Positions 1 through 6,227 of a stretch of DNA of 20,019 bases are shown here, piece after piece; position 1 is the stretch's first letter; each line of letters begins with the position of its first letter. The notes beneath the pieces were generated by a model. The model saw nothing but the letters and a program-made list of their open reading frames with translations, did no database searches and was not told the origin of the DNA. A program made the position numbers and the translations under genes. This DNA comes from a virus: UHGV virus genome UHGV-1706396. The stretch is one strand, 5' to 3'.

Positions 1-177
1 ATTGAGAAGCGTGAAGCGTTTGTTGTTAAGTTCGAATATAAAGCCAGTTGTGTCATACACACCAACCTGAATCTGCTCATTCGGTAGATCGGTGAGGATG
101 TCAGCTACACACTCATCAGCTAATTTCTGTACGTGTCCGATCTCAAGAGCGATTAGGCTGGAAATAGTGGTTTTCAT
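1..177 (-). CDS. Hypothetical protein, N-terminal part only (gene continues past the left edge of the window)
   Basis: ATG at complement of 175-177, open frame with no stop down to position 1 (MKTTISSLIALEIGHVQKLADECVADILTDLPNEQIQ...). Not in the ORF track because no stop lies inside the window. Weak RBS. Divergent from the HTH gene. Confidence 0.3.
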   Translation of the reverse strand, partial: MKTTISSLIALEIGHVQKLADECVADILTDLPNEQIQVGVYDTTGFIFELNNKRFTLLN

Positions 178-354
178 TCAATCAATCCATTCTAACTTAT
201 ACTATGGTAAGGAATACTACTAAAATTTGTATCAACACTGAATACATCTATATCAGATGCAAGTTAATTTTCTTACCTATTTTGGGCTAGTTTTTCTCCA
301 TGCATGGACCTTTGCTCGGTCTTACAAGTGCCTGCCGAAAAAAATGATAATAGC

Positions 355-397
355 TTTACAACCCTAACCTTTGATGTAATATCGGTAAGCACTTACC
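355..397 (+). promoter_or_regulatory. Sigma70-like promoter with overlapping palindromic operator upstream of the HTH regulator gene
   Basis: TTTACA at 355-360, 16-nt spacer, TAATAT at 377-382; perfect palindrome GGTAAG-CA-CTTACC at 384-397 over the predicted transcription start; start codon at 429. Confidence 0.35.
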
Positions 398-428
398 AGA
401 GAGAATTAAACGCGCAAAGGTTGTAACA

Positions 429-815
429 ATGTCTGACAACAAGATTGAATTTATAGAAAGTCGCTATGCTGCTTTTATCGCAGGGCTGATTGAATCCTCA
501 CCTATGAGTCAGGCCCAAATAGCCAGACTTATTGGTTATAAAAATGCCAACAACCTTTCTTTAATTAAAAGTGGCAAAATTCCTTTGCCTATCGATAAGG
601 TTCGTCCGTTGGCGCTGGCGCTGGGTATTGAGCCAAGTCGTCTTATGATGATGGTGCTGGAAGAACGCCAACCTGAACTCGCAGCATTTTTATACAAAGA
701 AGGCACCGCTCCTCTTAACGAGGACGAAAAACAGGTTCTTGCTGCATATAACGAGCGATTCGGTAAAGAGAAAGGCGCATCACAAAAGGTTGTTGAGGCC
801 ATAAAGTCTCTATGA
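429..815 (+). CDS. Helix-turn-helix DNA-binding protein (Cro/CI-XRE-like phage regulator)
   Basis: 128-aa ORF; HTH-like segment SQAQIARLIGYKNANNLSLIKSGK; AAAGG RBS 8 nt upstream of ATG; 3' end overlaps 3' end of the convergent integrase gene by 6 nt. Confidence 0.6.
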   Translation: MSDNKIEFIESRYAAFIAGLIESSPMSQAQIARLIGYKNANNLSLIKSGKIPLPIDKVRPLALALGIEPSRLMMMVLEERQPELAAFLYKEGTAPLNEDEKQVLAAYNERFGKEKGASQKVVEAIKSL

Positions 816-1913
816 AAAATTTACACGAATAAGCTCTGTTGATAGACGATCTCCCTTGAATTTGTGGTCAATTTCGTCTAAATCCGGTTGCTCTACGATT
901 GATGCGATGTACGTCGAGAAACTTTCTAAGGCGTCTCGCATCTCGTCCATATAATCGTGCCGGTCGTAGACCCGATCTATCCCCTCAAGACTGTGGTTCA
1001 TGATTTTGCGTGATACCTCCTGGCTTATGCCTAATGCTGGGAAGTAACTACGCGCAGTACGGCGCAAATCTCGGGGTGTAAATGGCTCAAGCTCCATCAG
1101 TTCTGGTCTTTCCAGAATACGACGTAATGCCTGGGCTATTGCCACTTTGGACATAGGAAGGTCTTTCCCGATTTTTTTATTCGAAGGCACGAGCCACTGG
1201 CTGTCTTTACCGTATTCGAACAACTCTTCAATGCATGTGCGCATTAATGTGCTTAAAGGCAGCGAATGCTCACGTGCTGACTTGTTTCTCTTGCCTTGAT
1301 TCCAAACTCCACGCTTAAGATTGAACTCACTTTTTTTAGCCCGCAGTACTTCGTCAGGTCGTCTTGCTGATACAAGACACAGTCTGGCCGCCCATTTTGT
1401 ACCAGCGCACACATTGAAGTAGTCCCATATATTCCAGAACACCCATACCTCTGCGTCGGTCAGCTTCCGCTCGCGAGGTGTGGGCTTTGCGCCACCGGCA
1501 ACTTTGTTTAGTGACATATCGTTTAACGGTGACACGTCTATCATCCCCTGGAAGGCGCACCAGCTAAGGAACTGCTTCATCAGAGAGAAAACGCGGCGGC
1601 CCATAACAATTTTGCCATCCAATATTAGAGGGTTGACCAGTTGGTTCACCATGAACCTATTAATGTCACTTACTTTTACATCGGCAATGTGCGGCAAAAC
1701 ATGTATCAAAATACAATGAACAGCGATCTCTGGCCGACGTCTGGTTATCAGCAGAGATAAGCGAGTGAATAACATGAATGCGTCCGAGAATCTCATATCA
1801 TTGCTAACCTGCGAGATCATAACGGCCTGCATTTGAGATGCTCTTTCGAGATACTCAATCGCCTCTTTTGAGGTGTTCTCCGCAGCGCGTGCTCTGTCAA
1901 AGCTATTTTTCAT
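810..1913 (-). CDS. int: Tyrosine-type site-specific recombinase / phage integrase
   Basis: 367-aa ORF; C-terminal catalytic signature of the tyrosine recombinase family (VSARRPDEV ... HSLPLS ... RDLRRTARSY ... HSLEGIDRVYDRHDY, i.e. R..H-x-x-R..Y); GGTGA RBS about 9 nt upstream. Confidence 0.85.
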   Translation of the reverse strand: MKNSFDRARAAENTSKEAIEYLERASQMQAVMISQVSNDMRFSDAFMLFTRLSLLITRRRPEIAVHCILIHVLPHIADVKVSDINRFMVNQLVNPLILDGKIVMGRRVFSLMKQFLSWCAFQGMIDVSPLNDMSLNKVAGGAKPTPRERKLTDAEVWVFWNIWDYFNVCAGTKWAARLCLVSARRPDEVLRAKKSEFNLKRGVWNQGKRNKSAREHSLPLSTLMRTCIEELFEYGKDSQWLVPSNKKIGKDLPMSKVAIAQALRRILERPELMELEPFTPRDLRRTARSYFPALGISQEVSRKIMNHSLEGIDRVYDRHDYMDEMRDALESFSTYIASIVEQPDLDEIDHKFKGDRLSTELIRVNFS

Positions 1914-2011
1914 ATGACAATCACCGAGTTACGCCGATTCACTGTATAAGTAAACAGTATATTAGGCATAGATTCTTATAGGATCAAGAGTAAAAGTAAC
2001 TCATTTTCACT

Positions 2012-2044
2012 AATGATTCCATACATAGTAGGTATGGAATCATT
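2012..2044. promoter_or_regulatory. Perfect 13-bp inverted repeat AATGATTCCATAC-N7-GTATGGAATCATT upstream of int; each arm is a copy of the recurrent ATGTATGGAATCATT motif
   Basis: Arms at 2012-2024 and 2032-2044; lies between the grx stop (2126) and the int start (1913). Confidence 0.4.
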
Positions 2045-2125
2045 TAGACGTTGTTTTTTGAATTTTAAGGGAAACAGGAGTGAGTTTGGTGGGAATAAAA
2101 AAACGGCTCCTGTGAGCCGTTAAAA

Positions 2126-2371
2126 TCAGAGGGTGCTGACGTATGCAGCCAGTTCTGTGTATCCGCCAATCGGCTGGCCATCGATCAGCACCTGGGGGAT
2201 AGTCTCTACCGGTTTACCAACAATTTCACTTAGTTTTTCCTTGTCGATACCGGCAGTGGTGATGTCGATGTACTCATAATCACCGTAGCCATGTCCCTTT
2301 AGTTGCTTCGCCAGCTCGACTGCACGTTTGCAGTATGAGCAGTTATCTCGTCCGTAGATAGTGATCGTCAT
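2126..2371 (-). CDS. grxA: Glutaredoxin 1-like small redox protein (Grx/NrdC-type, probable ribonucleotide reductase reductant)
   Basis: 81-aa ORF with CSYC active-site motif near the N-terminus and a GKPVETIPQVLIDGQPIGGY segment that closely matches the E. coli glutaredoxin 1 pattern as I recall it. Confidence 0.75.
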   Translation of the reverse strand: MTITIYGRDNCSYCKRAVELAKQLKGHGYGDYEYIDITTAGIDKEKLSEIVGKPVETIPQVLIDGQPIGGYTELAAYVSTL

Positions 2372-2439
2372 AACCTAACAAATACCTTTATAAATATTGA
2401 TTCGAACATATCAGACTATACTACAAACAGATTTTTTTG

Positions 2440-2459
2440 ATAAGTATGTAGTAACTTAT
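2440..2459. promoter_or_regulatory. Operator-like palindrome ATAAGT-N8-ACTTAT (copy 1 of 3)
   Basis: gATAAGTatgtagtaACTTATt in the divergent intergenic region between grx (start 2371) and the AT-rich gene (start 2545). Confidence 0.35.
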
Positions 2460-2544
2460 TTATTGACTGGTAAACAATTGAAGTGATTATGACAATAGAT
2501 TACAGTAAGGATTGCCTTGAAATGTACATTTTATAGAGGTTTTA

Positions 2545-3453
2545 ATGATTGGTAAGTTGTCTGATTCTTTGATTGAAAATAAATACAACGAATTTAGAGA
2601 AGAAATATCTTTACTTTTTGACTATTTAAATCAGATAAATGATACAACAAAGAAAAATATAAAACGTCTTCTAAAAGAAGTGGAGTATGCACAGAATCCA
2701 GATACTATTATTAATATTAATGAAACTATTAAGATTAAGTGTGGCACAACGTTAGCTCGCCATTTATGTTCAAACCCATATACAGGTTCAACATTAGAGA
2801 TAGGTAACAGCGCCATTGATTTAGAAGAAAAGATAAGATTGTGTAATGTTTTGAAGAATAAACAATATCAGTGGGTTATTACTGAAGCCTATGAGTTACT
2901 GGAAGACTATATTGAGGCAATATATGTCTATACTGTATGTGTTCGAAATGATTTCTGGTCCTCAAGTAATTTTGGTAAGGTTGAAGATGATGACATTGGG
3001 AAAGGGGAAGTTTATTACAAATTATTAAAAGCAAAAAGTAACCCATCGAAAAAAATAATTAAAATTTTCAGAAATAAAATACCTGGCTTCAAAGAGATAG
3101 AAATAAACAACAAGATTGGTAAAAACTATCGCTTTAACATCAAGCTAATTGAACTACTAAGACATACAATAGTACACAATAGTGGACGATTCAATGATAC
3201 AGAAAAATTTATAAATAAGGTTTTAGATGAATCTGAAATAAACGGTAAGAAAAGAGTTATTGGAGAAAGAGCTGTTAGAAGTTACATTGCTAAAGTGCAA
3301 GAAGATGATATTGTAATGCTCTTAGAAAGACCATCTGAAATTTTTGGTTCTTTTGGTGGTTATTTTAACAGAGCAAAATTTTTACTAAGTGATATTTTAG
3401 AATACTCACTAATCATTAAAGAAGAACTAAAATCATATCTAGGCAATCATTAA
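2545..3453 (+). CDS. AT-rich accessory protein of unknown function with HEPN-like Rx4H motif; candidate abortive-infection / defence protein
   Basis: 302-aa ORF, markedly lower GC than its neighbours (K/N/I-rich); GAGG RBS 6 nt upstream; R206-H211 motif RHTIVH (nt 3160-3177) fits the HEPN Rx4-6H consensus with a polar residue after Arg; opposite strand to flanking genes; own terminator. Confidence 0.55.
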   Translation: MIGKLSDSLIENKYNEFREEISLLFDYLNQINDTTKKNIKRLLKEVEYAQNPDTIININETIKIKCGTTLARHLCSNPYTGSTLEIGNSAIDLEEKIRLCNVLKNKQYQWVITEAYELLEDYIEAIYVYTVCVRNDFWSSSNFGKVEDDDIGKGEVYYKLLKAKSNPSKKIIKIFRNKIPGFKEIEINNKIGKNYRFNIKLIELLRHTIVHNSGRFNDTEKFINKVLDESEINGKKRVIGERAVRSYIAKVQEDDIVMLLERPSEIFGSFGGYFNRAKFLLSDILEYSLIIKEELKSYLGNH

Positions 3454-3454
3454 C

Positions 3455-3486
3455 AAAAAAAGGGGCCGAAGCCCCTTTGAATTTTG
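3455..3486. terminator. Bidirectional rho-independent terminator between the AT-rich gene and the tRNA cluster
   Basis: Hairpin AGGGGC-cgaa-GCCCCT (3461-3476) followed by TTTGAATTTTG on the plus strand and by a 7-T run on the minus strand (the A-run at 3454-3460). Confidence 0.75.
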
Positions 3487-3552
3487 CGCTGAAAAAAGTG
3501 TTGCTAGGATGTTAGCAAGCTATGGTTAAGAACGTCTGCCGTAATTGTCTAT

Positions 3553-3630
3553 CACAGCGTTGAGCGGTCTGGTTTATGTTAGCGGAGTCTTAATCTGGGT
3601 GATTAAAAGGCCAAACCGCTCAACGCTGTG
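3553..3630. repeat. Long inverted repeat (20-bp arms, 19/20 complementary, 38-nt loop) immediately 3' of the tRNA cluster
   Basis: CACAGCGTTGAGCGGTCTGG at 3553-3572 and CCAAACCGCTCAACGCTGTG at 3611-3630; arm sequence related to the repeat at 4901-5022. Confidence 0.6.
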
Positions 3631-3632
3631 TC

Positions 3633-3719
3633 TGGCGGAGAGTAATGGAATCGAACCATCATCGCTTGCGCAATGGGACGGTTTTCAAGACCGCTTGAGC
3701 ACCATGCTCCCTACTCTCC
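3633..3719 (-). tRNA. tRNA-Ser (anticodon TGA), class II with long variable arm
   Basis: Hand fold of the minus strand: acceptor GGAGAGT/ACTCTCC, anticodon stem GCGGT/ACCGT with loop CTTGAAA, T-arm GATGG-TTCGATT-CCATT, encoded CCA. D-arm is atypical (short loop or 3-nt linker). Confidence 0.65.
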
Positions 3720-3905
3720 GGCCGTTGTGGTGGCCGGTACTGAATCTCCGGCATACGGTGCAGCCAATTAGGACTACGGACGATCACCGCTCGCGAAAGG
3801 GAAGGTTTGCGGCCGCATTTCCCTAACATCCAAGAAAGCTATCGCATCAGTCTGCGAATCCACCACAACGGAAAGAGCATTCACGTCTCGCGTGCCACCA
3901 CGAAT

Positions 3906-3929
3906 GGCAACTCAGAGAGTCGAACTCTG
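3906..3929 (-). other. tRNA-like 3' fragment (T-arm plus acceptor 3' strand) without a recognisable 5' half; pseudo-tRNA or possible att core
   Basis: Minus strand reads CAGAG-TTCGACT-CTCTG-AGTTGCC with conserved G53, T54 T55 C56, A58, C61, but no D-arm or anticodon arm could be folded upstream. Confidence 0.3.
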
Positions 3930-4387
3930 AAAATGCTCTTACCTGTTGTGTGCTGTGTCACTCCCTCCGCTATTACCTGGCTTTGCCTCGACCTTTTAGG
4001 TTGCGTCCGATGATAAACAGGGCTGTCGGAAATTTGTCTGTGACACAGCGATAAGAGAACTCGATGCATTTAAGCCAAGCCCCATATGGGAAGTTCTCTT
4101 ATCTGTTGTGCGCTCCGTTTCGTGGAGCTAACGGCGGGTGAACAGGCCGCACCAGGTTGGACATATTTCAGCGTTATGCTGTTGCAAGAGAGCCAAATTG
4201 TGATGGTCGGTGCTGAACTCCGACACAGGGTTGTAGCAAGCCCCGCAAAGCGCGCACTACTGTAGTTGCGGCACATCAGCCTGTGCATTCACCACAATGT
4301 TGAGAACACTGGTTGTCACGCTGCAACGCAACATTTATTCATAGATTGGGATATGACCCCGTTACGCCAATGTTCTCAATATTATGT

Positions 4388-4463
4388 TGGTGCCGGTTAA
4401 CGGACTTGAACCGCTGACCATTCGCTTACAAAGCGACTGCTCTACCAACTGAGCTAAACCGGC
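4388..4463 (-). tRNA. tRNA-Thr (anticodon TGT)
   Basis: 76 nt: acceptor GCCGGTT/AACCGGC, D-stem GCTC/GAGC, anticodon loop TTTGTAA (27-43 pair mismatched), T-arm AGCGG-TTCAAGT-CCGTT, encoded CCA. Confidence 0.8.
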
Positions 4464-4467
4464 AATT

Positions 4468-4554
4468 TGGTGGGGAGTGATGGAGTCGAACCACCCGAGT
4501 CGCAATGACAGTAGATTTACAGTCTACCCCGCTACCCCTACGGACTAACTCCCC
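4468..4554 (-). tRNA. tRNA-Tyr (anticodon GTA), long variable arm
   Basis: 87 nt: acceptor GGGGAGT/ACTCCCC, anticodon arm GTAGA-CTGTAAA-TCTAC, T-arm GGTGG-TTCGACT-CCATC, discriminator A, encoded CCA. Confidence 0.85.
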
Positions 4555-4559
4555 TAAAT

Positions 4560-4634
4560 TGGCGATGGTGGGTGGATTCGAACCACCGACCAGTTGGTTA
4601 ACAGCCAACTGCTCTACCGCTGAGCTACACCATC
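4560..4634 (-). tRNA. tRNA-Asn (anticodon GTT)
   Basis: 75 nt canonical cloverleaf: acceptor GATGGTG/CACCATC, D-stem GCTC/GAGC, anticodon arm GTTGG-CTGTTAA-CCAAC, T-arm GGTGG-TTCGAAT-CCACC, encoded CCA. Confidence 0.9.
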
Positions 4635-4825
4635 AATTCGGCACTGCCAGTATTTATTACTCAACAGTGCCAATCGCGACGGTTTAGTTTCTGCCAGGAA
4701 ACGCACCGCTACTTGCACTTTTCGTTAGTGCCAGACGCTTTCGACTTCGCTCAATAGTAGAAGGCAAACTCTTTAAGTAGATGATGTTTCTGAGGACAGC
4801 ACCTACTTTGTAATTTATACAATGT

Positions 4826-4842
4826 GATGTATGGAATCATTT
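4826..4842. promoter_or_regulatory. Recurrent motif GATGTATGGAATCATTT (copy upstream of the tRNA cluster)
   Basis: 17-mer identical to 5838-5854 and matching both arms of the 2012-2044 palindrome. Confidence 0.35.
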
Positions 4843-4900
4843 GTTGTGAAAACAGGCACCAATGGCAACAGTGGTTAAACCTACACAACTATTCTGTCTT

Positions 4901-5022
4901 CACAACGTTGAGGCCACTACTCCGATTGAATGTTTGCCCAACATGTTACATATCAACGCTCGCCGGTATCTCTGTGAATAGAACCTTAGAATTGATAAAA
5001 ATGTAATGGCCTCAACGTTGTG
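4901..5022. repeat. Perfect 15-bp inverted repeat pair separated by 92 nt, 5' of the tRNA cluster
   Basis: CACAACGTTGAGGCC at 4901-4915 and GGCCTCAACGTTGTG at 5008-5022; arm resembles that of the 3553-3630 repeat (CACARCGTTGAG). Confidence 0.6.
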
Positions 5023-5098
5023 TGCTGGCTAACCATACCAGCCGGGCTACGTCGCCGCTTTTTAACCCAGTATAAACGACATAATTGAACAAAATGAC

Positions 5099-5207
5099 GT
5101 AACAGAATGGGCGGTCAGTGGCTAAGAATCCGGGAGTCATATGGAGTTGAAAATATACCGACCGCCCATTCTGTTACTTCATCGGAGGGAACACTCATGT
5201 TCCCTCC
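5099..5207. repeat. Two adjacent strong hairpins in an ORF-poor region (18-bp perfect stem with 43-nt loop, then a GC-rich 10-bp stem with 4-nt loop)
   Basis: GTAACAGAATGGGCGGTC at 5099-5116 pairs with GACCGCCCATTCTGTTAC at 5160-5177; GGAGGGAACA-ctca-TGTTCCCTCC at 5184-5207. Confidence 0.55.
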
Positions 5208-5382
5208 TGCGTTCTGCAATCACACTCGCTCAGTGTGTCCCATTTCGGTAACGAGGCTGGAAACTGACCTCGCTGGTGTTTGGCTTATTAGGCTACTGCC
5301 AGATAGACTTCTTCGTTTGCACTTGTATTTAAGTTCAAACAGTCGCGTCTCAACGAAAACAAAGTCATCTTATACACAAAAG

Positions 5383-5402
5383 ATAAGTAAGTAAATACTT
5401 AT
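5383..5402. promoter_or_regulatory. Operator-like palindrome ATAAGT-N8-ACTTAT (copy 2 of 3; flanked to a perfect 7-bp inverted repeat)
   Basis: GATAAGT-aagtaaat-ACTTATC at 5382-5403, just 3' of the 5413-5703 gene. Confidence 0.35.
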
Positions 5403-5412
5403 CAATATGTTT

Positions 5413-5703
5413 TTATTCGGTTGTGACTTTTTTGATCAAGGCCACTCTAGGACTAGGTGTTCTTGTAATGGTGGCAGTGAATCGTTTCGCTTGGATAGTA
5501 ATGGTTTCGTTCTCCTTAAGTTGCCCGTAGCGAGTTTCCACCAGGGTGCCAAGACGCCACAGACCATCATCGATACGTTTATGACTAGCAAATTTAATCA
5601 GCAACAGTTTTACGACTAACTGACCTACGTAAAAGGCGAATGCGACTCCGGCCGCTAAGAAATAGGTGACCAACCACCAGTCCCAAGAAGTTAAATTGCT
5701 CAT
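5413..5703 (-). CDS. Small membrane protein (one N-terminal transmembrane helix), unknown function
   Basis: 96-aa ORF with hydrophobic segment WLVTYFLAAGVAFAFYVGQLVV; AAAGG RBS 8 nt upstream; preferred over the overlapping plus-strand ORF 5407-5619, which has no RBS. Confidence 0.45.
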   Translation of the reverse strand: MSNLTSWDWWLVTYFLAAGVAFAFYVGQLVVKLLLIKFASHKRIDDGLWRLGTLVETRYGQLKENETITIQAKRFTATITRTPSPRVALIKKVTTE

Positions 5704-5837
5704 TTTCTAACCTTTGTTTCATGAACTACCCGATACACACGCTTTCCGATGCACAGTGTTTTGGTTTTAAGTTCCTGCTTAATTAAATCACGACAGATGC
5801 CGAAGCCGATAAGGAAGCCACCCATAAAAGCTAATGA

Positions 5838-5854
5838 GATGTATGGAATCATTT
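5838..5854. promoter_or_regulatory. Recurrent motif GATGTATGGAATCATTT (third site)
   Basis: 17-mer identical to 4826-4842; about 135 bp upstream of the 5413-5703 gene start. Confidence 0.35.
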
Positions 5855-6064
5855 TAACACTCCTGATTCTACTAATTGCTGTAGCAATACTTTCCCTTTA
5901 TCAGTTAACTGGTAGTTGGCCGAACACTTCGTTTCAGAAACGTTTGCAACCAACCCTAACCGCTCTAACTTAGCCCGCGTTTTAGGCTTCCAGTACTCAG
6001 GGAACTCTGACCACTTACTGATTTCATGAAGCGTTTCCTTCTCCCGCTTACTTAATACGATCAT
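5849..6064 (-). CDS. Hypothetical small protein (71 aa)
   Basis: ORF with AAGGAG RBS about 8 nt upstream; start lies inside the 3' end of the preceding small ORF. Confidence 0.5.
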   Translation of the reverse strand: MIVLSKREKETLHEISKWSEFPEYWKPKTRAKLERLGLVANVSETKCSANYQLTDKGKVLLQQLVESGVLK

Positions 6065-6227
6065 CCTTAATCTCCTTCACTGTGTGGGTTATTTCTACAA
6101 TGCGATAAATACGACCGCGTCGTTCTATAACACCGCTTTTAATGTAGTCATTGATGCAACTGGACATCACCACAATACCGATTAAAAAACCAACCGCTAA
6201 AAATGCAATCATCCAGCCGAGCATCAT
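6048..6227 (-). CDS. Small membrane protein (59 aa), translationally coupled to the ligase gene; not in the ORF track
   Basis: ATG at complement of 6225-6227 overlaps the ligase TGA stop (AATGATG); GGAG RBS 8 nt upstream; translation MMLGWMIAFLAVGFLIGIVVMSSC... contains one TM helix; stop at 6048-6050. Confidence 0.45.
   Translation of the reverse strand: MMLGWMIAFLAVGFLIGIVVMSSCINDYIKSGVIERRGRIYRIVEITHTVKEIKDDRIK

Noticed and set aside
3905-4271. A tmRNA-like gene of about 365 nt, suggested by the tRNA-like 3' end at 3906-3929 and a partly complementary 5' heptamer near 4265-4271
   Set aside because: Only 6 of 7 acceptor pairs form, I found no tag-peptide reading frame ending in a typical ALAA-type sequence, and I could not fold the pseudoknot architecture by hand.
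3545-4687. Track ORFs 3545-3826, 3807-4013, 3881-4069, 4070-4288, 4426-4608 and 4505-4687 as protein-coding genes
   Set aside because: They overlap the tRNA genes or the hairpin-dense non-coding region, lack RBSs, and overlap each other on both strands.
5107-5619. Plus-strand ORFs 5107-5394 and 5407-5619
   Set aside because: 5107-5394 runs through two strong hairpins with no RBS; 5407-5619 has no SD and overlaps the better-supported minus-strand TM protein gene 5413-5703.
4824-5973. Small ORFs 4824-5006 and 5749-5973, which share an MYGII start encoded by the recurrent 17-mer
   Set aside because: Only the first five codons are shared and the rest diverges completely with no RBS; the identity is better explained as a DNA-level motif, though the 44-aa TM peptide from 5839 is not fully excluded.
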